From IMG/VR virus record IMGVR_UViG_3300038417_000443: DNA of 20,000 nt. The stretch is one strand, 5' to 3'. Made by a program: the position numbers and the translations under genes. The notes below the pieces were generated by a model. The model saw only the letters and a program-made list of their open reading frames with translations. It was not told the origin of the DNA and did no database searches. The stretch is from an uncultured virus (IMG/VR IMGVR_UViG_3300038417_000443) (lineage: Duplodnaviria; Heunggongvirae; Uroviricota; Caudoviricetes). Position 1 is the first letter of the stretch, and each line of letters opens with the position of its first letter. Shown in pieces: positions 1 to 7,476 of the stretch.

Positions 1-324
1 CTTCTTCCAACTGGTCCGCAGGCCGATATTAACATGAGTTTTGACGGTGAGGTTTTGTCAAGGATTTTTTATGAGGCATGTAACCTCACAAATGCCCCGA
101 CGAGACAGTTGGTTTTTCTTGATTCAAACGGGGCTACTTATTATACCAGTCCAGCATTTCCCAGTAACTTCCCCACCTCTTATGCGGTTCAGGGGGCTAC
201 TGGAATGGCCGGTGGGCTTGAGTTGGACGGAAAGTATACCATAAAGCATGTTTTTAATGGAGCTTCTGGGGCAACCGCGGGTATACCAGGGACGGATGAC
301 TATTTAACCCTATTTGTGCGATAA
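1..324 (+). CDS. 3' part of a hypothetical, probably virion-associated protein (5'-truncated by the window edge)
   Basis: The frame of ORF 34..324 is open back to base 1 (LLPTGPQADIN-MSFDGEV...) and ATG34 has no SD, so the start is probably upstream of the window. The sequence is Gly/Thr/Ala-rich and beta-strand-like, and its stop lies 3 nt before the TerL ATG. Confidence 0.55.
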   Translation, partial: LLPTGPQADINMSFDGEVLSRIFYEACNLTNAPTRQLVFLDSNGATYYTSPAFPSNFPTSYAVQGATGMAGGLELDGKYTIKHVFNGASGATAGIPGTDDYLTLFVR

Positions 325-327
325 AAA

Positions 328-1887
328 ATGGAATATTCTTATTCCGATGTACCCACGATCAAAGCCTTTGCAAAGGACAGTACATTCATCCGAGCAATTA
401 CTGGTCCGTTTGGATCGGGCAAAAGCTCGGGATGCGATATAGAAATTTATCGTCGAGCAGTAGGGCAGGAGCCCAGTCCGGACGGAGTTAGAAAAACCCG
501 GTTCGCCGCGGTGAGGAACAGCTACCCCCAGCTTCGTGATACAACGATTCCTACATTCATGCATTGGTTGGGCCACATGGGGGAGTGGAAGGTTTCTGAT
601 CACGATTTCTTTTTAAATACTTCCGCTCCGGATGGAACCCCTGTTCAGTCTATTATTCATTTCAGGCCCCTTGATAAACCCACCGATATTAAAAATCTTT
701 TATCACTTGAAGTTACGGCGGCATATTTTAACGAGATAAAGGATATTCCTTTATCGATTATCAACGCCATGAGGGGCAGGGTTGGTAGATTTCCCCCAAA
801 GGATGTTGACAAAGGATTTATGGGTGCTTCATGGAAGGGGCTCTGGGGAGATACAAACCCGCCAGATGTTGACCATTGGTTCTATAAATTATTTGAGGAA
901 GATCGCCCCCATGCTTGTAAGGATTGTAGAACCCCAAAGAATCAAATGGTGCTTCTTCCGAGTAGAAATCCGGATAACAGTTTGATTCCAATGATGTCAA
1001 GGAAATGTCCTCAATGCAAACGTGGGATAGAGAATGCATTTCCGCTTACGAAGGTGTTTCATCAACCGTCTGGTCTTGGACCGGATGCAGAAAACATAGG
1101 AAACCTTCCTCAAGATTATTACCAAACTCTTGCGGCTGGAATGGACCAGGATTTCGTAAATGTTTTTTGCCATGGGTTATACGGATATGTTAAAGAGGGC
1201 AAACCTGTTTATGCAAACTATAATTCCGATTGGCATTATTCAAAAGAAGCGCTTAAGGCTCGTCCGAATTATCCTTTAATTATTTCCTTTGACAACACTG
1301 GCCTGACCCAAGCTTGCGTTATCTTGCAATACCTACCGAACGGTCAACTCCGTATTTTACACGAATGGCTCGTTGAAGGAATAGGAACCAGAAGACTTAC
1401 AAGAGATTTGGTCAGGCCTTTTACCTACTCGACCTATCCTGGTATCCAGATTTATCTAACCGGTGATCCAGCCGGTGTAAAGAGGGCAGACACAGATGAA
1501 AGAAATACTTTTGAAGAAATCGCCGAGGCGTTTGGAATCCAAGCTACCCCGGCCAGAAGCAATTCTTGGCAATCTCGGTTTAACGCAGTGGATAGTTTTC
1601 TTGTTAAAAGAATCGGAAACAACGAACCGGGCCTTCTTGTATCCTCCGAGTGTAAAATGCTTCACAGGGGGTTTATGGGGGAATATCGGATGCGTCGACT
1701 ACAGGTTGTAAGTCAGGAGAAATTTGTTAATAGACCCGAGAAAAATCTTGTTGCTAATGTGCATGATGCACTTCAGTATGGTTGTATGTTTGTGGAAGAT
1801 ATGCACGATCTTATGCGCAGAGATAGATTTGATCCAAGCGAACAAATAATTCAACAGGGCGCCGGTGATTGGAGCGCTTTTAGTTAA
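328..1887 (+). CDS. terL: Terminase large subunit (ATPase + RNase H-like nuclease)
   Basis: Walker A GPFGSGKS; Walker B-like LLSLEVTAAYFNE; coupling-motif-like GDTNPP; nuclease-domain motifs IISFDNTG, GDPAG and VHDALQY; lies immediately upstream of a portal-sized gene. Confidence 0.93.
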   Translation: MEYSYSDVPTIKAFAKDSTFIRAITGPFGSGKSSGCDIEIYRRAVGQEPSPDGVRKTRFAAVRNSYPQLRDTTIPTFMHWLGHMGEWKVSDHDFFLNTSAPDGTPVQSIIHFRPLDKPTDIKNLLSLEVTAAYFNEIKDIPLSIINAMRGRVGRFPPKDVDKGFMGASWKGLWGDTNPPDVDHWFYKLFEEDRPHACKDCRTPKNQMVLLPSRNPDNSLIPMMSRKCPQCKRGIENAFPLTKVFHQPSGLGPDAENIGNLPQDYYQTLAAGMDQDFVNVFCHGLYGYVKEGKPVYANYNSDWHYSKEALKARPNYPLIISFDNTGLTQACVILQYLPNGQLRILHEWLVEGIGTRRLTRDLVRPFTYSTYPGIQIYLTGDPAGVKRADTDERNTFEEIAEAFGIQATPARSNSWQSRFNAVDSFLVKRIGNNEPGLLVSSECKMLHRGFMGEYRMRRLQVVSQEKFVNRPEKNLVANVHDALQYGCMFVEDMHDLMRRDRFDPSEQIIQQGAGDWSAFS

Positions 1888-1898
1888 GGGGTAATACT

Positions 1899-3965
1899 AT
1901 GGTAATGGTAAGAACCCGAGAAGAGATAGTTGCCGAAGAAAAAGAAAAAGATAAGCGAGAAGCAACGGCTATCGGTGAAGCCTCCGAAGTTGATGAGCCC
2001 AAAGTCCTAAAGATAATAGAATTTTTGGATAAACGATGGGAACGAGCCCGTAGGGCGAAGGTAAATAATATTGAGCCCATAATTTTTAAAAATATTCGCC
2101 AGGCCCAAAGTAAGTATGAGCCCAAGAAATTGGCGGCTATCAGGGAAATGGGCGGATCCGATGTTTTTATTCAAATCACCGATACCAAATGCCGAAACAT
2201 GATTACCTGGATTAGAGATATTGAATTTCAGTCTGGGGGTAAGCCTTGGGGTATTGAACCAGAGCCAGTTCCAGAGCTTTCTAAAGAGTTAATGGATGAG
2301 ATTAAGGGAATATTTGTTAAATCAACAATGGATCAGATTATGGGATCTGTCCCCCCAGGAGCACCACCTCCGGATATGAACAAGGTAATCCAAGAGGTGC
2401 AGGCCAGGATGCCACAACTGGAAGATGAAATGCAGGTGGCCGTTAGGGATAAGGCTGAGGAAAAATCTATTCAGATGACGAGAGAAATGGATACCATTCT
2501 TCGTAAGGGTGGATGGTATAATGCCCTAAACGATTGTATTCCAGATTTGGTTATAAAAAAGAATGCGTTTATTAAGGGACCAATAAAAAGGTATAAGGCT
2601 GTTAAAAAAATTATAAAGGATGAGGCGGGTAACAACAAGATAGATTATGTAAAGGAAGTGGTAAGGGAATGGGAAAGGGTTTCTCCTTTTGACTGTTATC
2701 CAGAACCTGATGTTAATTGGATAAGTGAGGGGTATCTATTCCACCACGTTGCATATAGAAGAAAATATCTTGCAGAGCTTATCGGAGTACCAGGATACCG
2801 AGAAGACGAGATCAGAGCCGTGCTCAAAGAGCATCTTGAGGGTGGGCTAAAAGAATGGACGGGAATAGAGGGTCAGCGAGAAGAGGCCGAGAAAAAAGAT
2901 ACAACGGCAGTTTGGGAAAGCGACCGAATAGAGGGTCTTGATTATTATGGATCTGTTCAAGGGGAATATTTAATTGAATGGGGGGTTGAGGTTCCAGACC
3001 CAGACATTGACTATGAATGCACTATTTTTAAAATAGGAAAACATGTAATTGGTGCAATAGTAAATCCAGACCCAGAAGGAAATAAACCTTGGTCGACGGC
3101 TTCGTTCGAGGATGAATCAGACAATATTTGGGGAAATGCGTACCCGGAAAAGATTGAAGACTGTCAGACCGTTTGTAACGCCTGCGCCCGCGCAGTAGTG
3201 AATAATATCGGAATGGGCTCTGGGCCACAGGTTGAAATTAATATAGACAGAATTCACGGTGGGCTTAAGGGGGACATGAGGTTAATACCATGGAAGAGGT
3301 GGTTAACTACAAACAAAATGATGCAGACTGGACAGGCAATAAACTTTTGGCAGCCCCAGATGCATGCACAGGAAATTCTTACTGTATACAGTGCGTTCTC
3401 GAAAATTGCGGACGAAAGGGGTATCCCGTCCTATGCTCATGGAGATCCCCAGGTGGGGGGTGGAGGAAACACTGCCTCTGGGCTCTCTATGTTAATCACC
3501 CAAGCGAGCCGGATCATCAAGGGTGTTATCAGAAATATGGATCGATTCCTTATCATCCCGTCGATTGAGAATACATACAACGATATGCTGATCGACCCTA
3601 AATACGTTAAGAAGATTGGGGATATAAATCTTGTGGCTAAGGGAAGTTCGGCCCTTATCGAAAAGGAACAACGAGCGGTAAGGATGCTTGAGTTCTTGAA
3701 CTCCACGAACAATGATATTGATCAGCAGATTACAGGTATCAAGGGTAGGGCATACTTGCTCGGTGAAGTTGCAAAATCCCATGAGATTGATCCGGAGAAG
3801 GCCCTTGCGGGGATGCTTAACCCTCAACCATCCCCGGGTGGAGGAGCTACTCCACCGGCTAAGGTTGGGGGTGGTGTAGATGAAGGGGGCAACAAGGTAC
3901 AAGGACAATCTACTCAGTTGGTACATGGTGCCGGAGGACATCCGGCCTTACCAGAGAGGGGGTAA
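1899..3965 (+). CDS. Portal protein (large podovirus-type)
   Basis: 688 aa, directly after TerL. It has portal-like motifs (ERVSPFDCYP, IWGNAYPEKIEDCQ..CNA, GIPSYAHG, TASGLSML) and a Pro/Gly-rich disordered C-terminus. Confidence 0.87.
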   Translation: MVMVRTREEIVAEEKEKDKREATAIGEASEVDEPKVLKIIEFLDKRWERARRAKVNNIEPIIFKNIRQAQSKYEPKKLAAIREMGGSDVFIQITDTKCRNMITWIRDIEFQSGGKPWGIEPEPVPELSKELMDEIKGIFVKSTMDQIMGSVPPGAPPPDMNKVIQEVQARMPQLEDEMQVAVRDKAEEKSIQMTREMDTILRKGGWYNALNDCIPDLVIKKNAFIKGPIKRYKAVKKIIKDEAGNNKIDYVKEVVREWERVSPFDCYPEPDVNWISEGYLFHHVAYRRKYLAELIGVPGYREDEIRAVLKEHLEGGLKEWTGIEGQREEAEKKDTTAVWESDRIEGLDYYGSVQGEYLIEWGVEVPDPDIDYECTIFKIGKHVIGAIVNPDPEGNKPWSTASFEDESDNIWGNAYPEKIEDCQTVCNACARAVVNNIGMGSGPQVEINIDRIHGGLKGDMRLIPWKRWLTTNKMMQTGQAINFWQPQMHAQEILTVYSAFSKIADERGIPSYAHGDPQVGGGGNTASGLSMLITQASRIIKGVIRNMDRFLIIPSIENTYNDMLIDPKYVKKIGDINLVAKGSSALIEKEQRAVRMLEFLNSTNNDIDQQITGIKGRAYLLGEVAKSHEIDPEKALAGMLNPQPSPGGGATPPAKVGGGVDEGGNKVQGQSTQLVHGAGGHPALPERG

Positions 3966-4132
3966 TGATGACCGAGGTAATATACATTGAGGATTGTAAA
4001 TGTAAGAATCCTACAGCTACTACAAACACACCAAGGATGACCGTAGATAAATTTAAACTTGTGGTTCAATGTGTAGATGGACCTTCTTGTGATTCTTGTG
4101 GTAGGGAATGGAAGCGAATGGTGGACAAGTGA
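3965..4132 (+). CDS. Small Cys-rich (Zn-ribbon-like) hypothetical protein, 55 aa, not in the ORF track
   Basis: ATG3965 overlaps the portal TAA (TAATG), with GAGGGGG upstream. Translation is MMTEVIYIEDCKCKNPT...VQCVDGPSCDSCGREWKRMVDK*. TGA4130-4132 overlaps GTG4129 of the next gene (GTGA coupling). Confidence 0.65.
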   Translation: MMTEVIYIEDCKCKNPTATTNTPRMTVDKFKLVVQCVDGPSCDSCGREWKRMVDK

Positions 4133-5130
4133 AGGTTGTAATTCTTTATAACCTTGACGAACGGCTCATTAGTGGGGAATATGGAGAAGCTCTTGCTGAA
4201 TTATCTCTCCAAGAAGAAATAGAGATCGTAGAAAAATCTCTTGAAAAACTGGGGTATCAATTTAGGACGATTGCAATTTCAAATTCAACTCCAATTTTGG
4301 CCGTAGCCAATTTAGTTTATAGTTTGAATCCAGATTGTGTTTTTAACCTGGTTGAAGCAATTAACGGTGATTCTCAAATGGAGATGGCGCTTCCCGCAAT
4401 GCTTGATCTGATGAAAATTCCCTATACGGGATCGGGGGCATTGACATTAGGGCTTTGTCAGGATAAGGCAAGGAGTAAAGCAATCCTTAAGTGCGGTGGG
4501 GTTCAAACCCCTGAGTTTGAAGTTTATGGTTGGGATACCCCTCTATCAGACCATACCATGTTTCCTTCCATCGTGAAACCCCTGCACGAAGATGGGAGTC
4601 TTGGAATTAATGCAAAAAGTGTAGTAAAAAATCACGTAGAGCTTGCTATCGCCGTTTATAATATATTAAAAGAATATAGGCAAGAGGCTATTGTTGAGGA
4701 ATATATTGAAGGAAGAGAATTCGGAATAGGTGTTATAGATTTCAATGGTGGTCCGGTTTCATTTCCCTGTTCTGAAATTTTATTTAACGGCTATCCACAG
4801 GGTACGCCGAAAATTGTTAGCTACAATGCAAAATGGAATCCAGAGACGATTGAGTATAAGGAAAGCATCCCCCATTGCCCAGCGGATATCGATAAAACAT
4901 TATCAAGTCGATTACAGGCAATCGGATTAAAGGTTTTTAAGTTGTTTGAATGTCGAGGGTACATCAGGGTAGATGTTCGGGTAAGGGGAAACGATATATA
5001 TGTAATTGACGTAAACTGTAATCCTGATATTTCACCTGGAAGTGGTGTCTGTACCGTGTTGAATGCCGCTGGAGTTCCCTACGAAGAGTTTGTTAAAAAT
5101 TTAATAGAGGGGGCGTTGCGTGGCAAATAA
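4129..5130 (+). CDS. D-Ala-D-Ala ligase-like ATP-grasp enzyme (non-canonical Ddl)
   Basis: Motifs VFNLVE, IPYTGS, CQDK, FPSIVKPLHEDGSLGI, IVEEYIEGREF, YIRVDVRV and IDVNCNPD are typical of the Ddl/ATP-grasp fold. The N-terminal GGxSxEH motif of true Ddl is absent. The likely start is GTG4129 (MKVVILYN); the ORF track gives ATG4108. Confidence 0.85.
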   Translation: MKVVILYNLDERLISGEYGEALAELSLQEEIEIVEKSLEKLGYQFRTIAISNSTPILAVANLVYSLNPDCVFNLVEAINGDSQMEMALPAMLDLMKIPYTGSGALTLGLCQDKARSKAILKCGGVQTPEFEVYGWDTPLSDHTMFPSIVKPLHEDGSLGINAKSVVKNHVELAIAVYNILKEYRQEAIVEEYIEGREFGIGVIDFNGGPVSFPCSEILFNGYPQGTPKIVSYNAKWNPETIEYKESIPHCPADIDKTLSSRLQAIGLKVFKLFECRGYIRVDVRVRGNDIYVIDVNCNPDISPGSGVCTVLNAAGVPYEEFVKNLIEGALRGK

Positions 5131-5506
5131 ACCCTTTGGATATTTGTTAACAGCCGATTGTTATAAATGTGACCCCCACACACTCAATGATGTGAACATA
5201 TGTTACAATTTTTTAGAGGAGGCTGTCAGGGCTTGTGGGGTATCGATGCAAGCGCCTCCGCTGGTGATAAGGACTCCAAGTGACTTTCCAGAAAAAGCGG
5301 GCCTGTCTGCTGTCGTGTTTTTAGTAGAGTCATCTATTGTTTGTCACACCCTATGTGTTAAGCAATTTTGCTCTGTAGTTTTTTATACTTGTAGCACAAT
5401 AGATAGGGCAGCAAAAAAGAGATTGTTAAAACTGTGTCATCGATTTTTTAAGCCAGAGAAAATTGGATCACGTTTGATTAAAATCGGCACAGATTATTAT
5501 GACTAA
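5120..5506 (+). CDS. speD: Pyruvoyl-dependent S-adenosylmethionine decarboxylase family proenzyme (diverged)
   Basis: 128 aa with FGYLLTADCYKC, GLSAVVFLVES-SIVCHT and FYTCS, matching the class 1 prokaryotic AdoMetDC pattern (G.S...l.ESHisiHT...D.ftCg). The E-S autocleavage site is retained. GTG start overlaps the ligase gene. Confidence 0.78.
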   Translation: MANKPFGYLLTADCYKCDPHTLNDVNICYNFLEEAVRACGVSMQAPPLVIRTPSDFPEKAGLSAVVFLVESSIVCHTLCVKQFCSVVFYTCSTIDRAAKKRLLKLCHRFFKPEKIGSRLIKIGTDYYD

Positions 5507-5517
5507 CGGGGGGAGCC

Positions 5518-5850
5518 ATGATCAATCCAGGTTTGTTTCCAATCGACGAAAAATTCCTTTTGGCCATTTCTCGACTTGAAGACGAAAATAATTCTAATTT
5601 TTTAATTATATGTGATAAACTTTCCGAAGTTTCCACGATGATTACCCAGACCAATCTGCATGGCTTCCCGGACTATCGGTTAAACTATGTGGAGCGGTTT
5701 AATTTTATGCGCGGATTTTCTGCGGCCCTGGATCTTTTAAAAAATATTTTTAATAACCCAAATGCGTTGCTTATAGAACTAAAAGAGCAGGATGATTTTC
5801 TTGAGGCTCAAGAAAGAGCAAGGCAAGAGCAGGAAGGAGAGGCAGGATGA
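5518..5850 (+). CDS. Hypothetical protein (helical, acidic C-terminus)
   Basis: 110-aa ORF with a GGGGGAG SD and an ATGA overlap with the next gene. Confidence 0.7.
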   Translation: MINPGLFPIDEKFLLAISRLEDENNSNFLIICDKLSEVSTMITQTNLHGFPDYRLNYVERFNFMRGFSAALDLLKNIFNNPNALLIELKEQDDFLEAQERARQEQEGEAG

Positions 5851-6266
5851 GAAAGAAGCAATGGATAATTTGTGCAACACTCGTTGCACTAATTTTTGCT
5901 TTCGTAATATATAATGTTTTTGCAGTTGTTTCCCCAGAGTTCGAGACGTCAAAAAAACTGGCCCTGACCGCCACTCCCGATAGCGACGGGGATTGTATTA
6001 TCGGGAAAAAAATAACAGAGAATGGGGTTCAGGTAGTATATCTTGTTGGATATCTTTTTCGTGTAAAAACCATTGCAGGATGTGTTGCAACTCCAGAGAA
6101 GATGGTGAGCGTAGCCTATAACGAAACAGATGGTGTCTATTCAACCTCAATAACTGATATGCAAACAGGAAGGATTTTAGTATCAAGGGAAATATCGCAG
6201 GAGCAGGCCTCAAAAATAATGGGTATCATCTTGAAACATTTGGTTAATTCTGGAATTCCGATTTAA
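5847..6266 (+). CDS. Hypothetical membrane-anchored or exported protein
   Basis: MRKKQW followed by a ~20-residue hydrophobic stretch ending VFA (signal peptide or TM anchor); translationally coupled to the upstream ORF. Confidence 0.65.
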   Translation: MRKKQWIICATLVALIFAFVIYNVFAVVSPEFETSKKLALTATPDSDGDCIIGKKITENGVQVVYLVGYLFRVKTIAGCVATPEKMVSVAYNETDGVYSTSITDMQTGRILVSREISQEQASKIMGIILKHLVNSGIPI

Positions 6267-6341
6267 TCTTTCTAAAAACAATACAGTAATATATTGATTT
6301 TAATGCATTAGTGTAGATGTGTGTAAATCTTTACCAAGAAC

Positions 6342-6403
6342 TCTACCTGAATACCTTTTTGGATCAGGTGGAAATATAATCGAGAATACCAACTGGATCT
6401 CGG
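6342..6403 (+). promoter_or_regulatory. Two tandem RNA hairpins with an identical GA-AUA-CC/GG-A-UC internal loop in the scaffold 5' leader
   Basis: Hairpin 1 is TCTACCT-GAATACC-TTTTT-GGATC-AGGTGGA (6342-6372). Hairpin 2 is TCGA-GAATACC-AACT-GGATC-TCGG (6380-6403). The SD AGAGG is at 6406-6410 and the ATG at 6417. Confidence 0.6.
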
Positions 6404-6416
6404 AAAGAGGTATAAG

Positions 6417-7382
6417 ATGGGAACAGGAGTACCGGCTCAGGCCCTAAAGGCTGCCGAAGAAGCAGAAAGGCTTTATCAGGAACAGATCGATGTGTTGGCG
6501 GGCAATACTGGTTCTACTGGAGAAACGGGGGAAATAGAAGCTGAAGCAACCGGCCCGACTGGAGAGGCCGAAGTGGTTTCCGAAGAAACCCCTGAACAGA
6601 AAGCCGAGAAGATACAACACAAATATGATGTACTTCGAGGTATGTACAATAAGGAGATTCCCGAACTTTCCTTAAGGCTCGCTGAACAGTCTGGTCAGAT
6701 TAAGTCCCTTACGGATCAAATTGCTGCATTAATTGCTGGTAAGAAACCAGACGAAACAAAAGAGGTCTTCGACTCGTTTGAGCAGGACCCCAATATCGGA
6801 TATCTTAAGACAGAATATCCTGAAGTCTGGAAGGGGATCGAGGTTGCCCTTGTTAAATTAAGGGATGAGACTTCTAAAAAGATCTCAGATCTTGGTTCTC
6901 AACTAACCGAGCAGAAGAAGCATACCGAAAAGACGGACAGGGATAGGTTCTATGATGATGTTGAGTCAATGGAAAATTACGATGAAATTAATAAGTCCGT
7001 TGAATTCAATTCATGGTTAGACGAAACCGAGCCGCTTACCGGATTTAAAAGGAGAGACATCCTGAATGACGCCTATGCTTCATTGGACTCAACACGGGCA
7101 AAGAATTTCTTTTCTGAATTTACGGGGAAGAAGGTTGAGCCTGTCGTAGTTAAGCAAGTTGTAAAAAAAGAAGATACGGGTATATCGCCACGGACAACCG
7201 TGACTAAAACCGTAGTTGACAAAAGTGAACTAAAAGAAAATTTTATTAAAGCTTCCGACGTTAAAAAGTTCTACGACGACGTGCAAAGAGGGAGATACAA
7301 GGGAAGAGACGCGGAGAAGGACAAGATAGAAGCCGAAATTAATAAGGCGATATCTGATAAACGTGTTATTGCGGGACAGTAA
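6417..7382 (+). CDS. Capsid scaffolding protein
   Basis: 321 aa, acidic and coiled-coil-rich (KYDVLRGMYNKE, FNSWL, C-terminal EAEINKAISDKRV), immediately upstream of the capsid gene. Confidence 0.78.
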   Translation: MGTGVPAQALKAAEEAERLYQEQIDVLAGNTGSTGETGEIEAEATGPTGEAEVVSEETPEQKAEKIQHKYDVLRGMYNKEIPELSLRLAEQSGQIKSLTDQIAALIAGKKPDETKEVFDSFEQDPNIGYLKTEYPEVWKGIEVALVKLRDETSKKISDLGSQLTEQKKHTEKTDRDRFYDDVESMENYDEINKSVEFNSWLDETEPLTGFKRRDILNDAYASLDSTRAKNFFSEFTGKKVEPVVVKQVVKKEDTGISPRTTVTKTVVDKSELKENFIKASDVKKFYDDVQRGRYKGRDAEKDKIEAEINKAISDKRVIAGQ

Positions 7383-7410
7383 AAACATCGGGGGCGGAAT
7401 GGAGATAATT

Positions 7411-7476
7411 ATGACTTTTCCTTACGCTCCTGGGCATCCCGATTATTCGAGCACAGGGGTAGCGAAGTTTATACCT
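7411..7476 (+). CDS. Major capsid protein, exon 1 (MTFPYAPGHPDYSSTGVAKFIP)
   Basis: SD GGAG at 7401-7404 and ATG7411 open 22 codons ending in FIP, followed by an in-frame TAA at the intron start. Joining to exon 2 restores the FIP-x-(I/V)-WS motif common at the N-terminus of such capsid proteins. Confidence 0.85.

Noticed and set aside
907..1044. Intein in the terminase
   Set aside because: The insert is too short and lacks an N-terminal C/S block A and a C-terminal HN-[CST] motif.
4108..5130. Canonical ddl or van-type resistance ligase
   Set aside because: It lacks the Ddl N-terminal GGxSxEH and C-terminal NTxPG motifs and has no cell-wall or van gene context.
6267..6340. Sigma70 promoter upstream of the scaffold (TTGATT 6294-6299; palindrome TAATGCATTA 6301-6310)
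   Set aside because: The region is AT-rich and may well contain a promoter, but there is no convincing -10 hexamer at 16-18 bp spacing.
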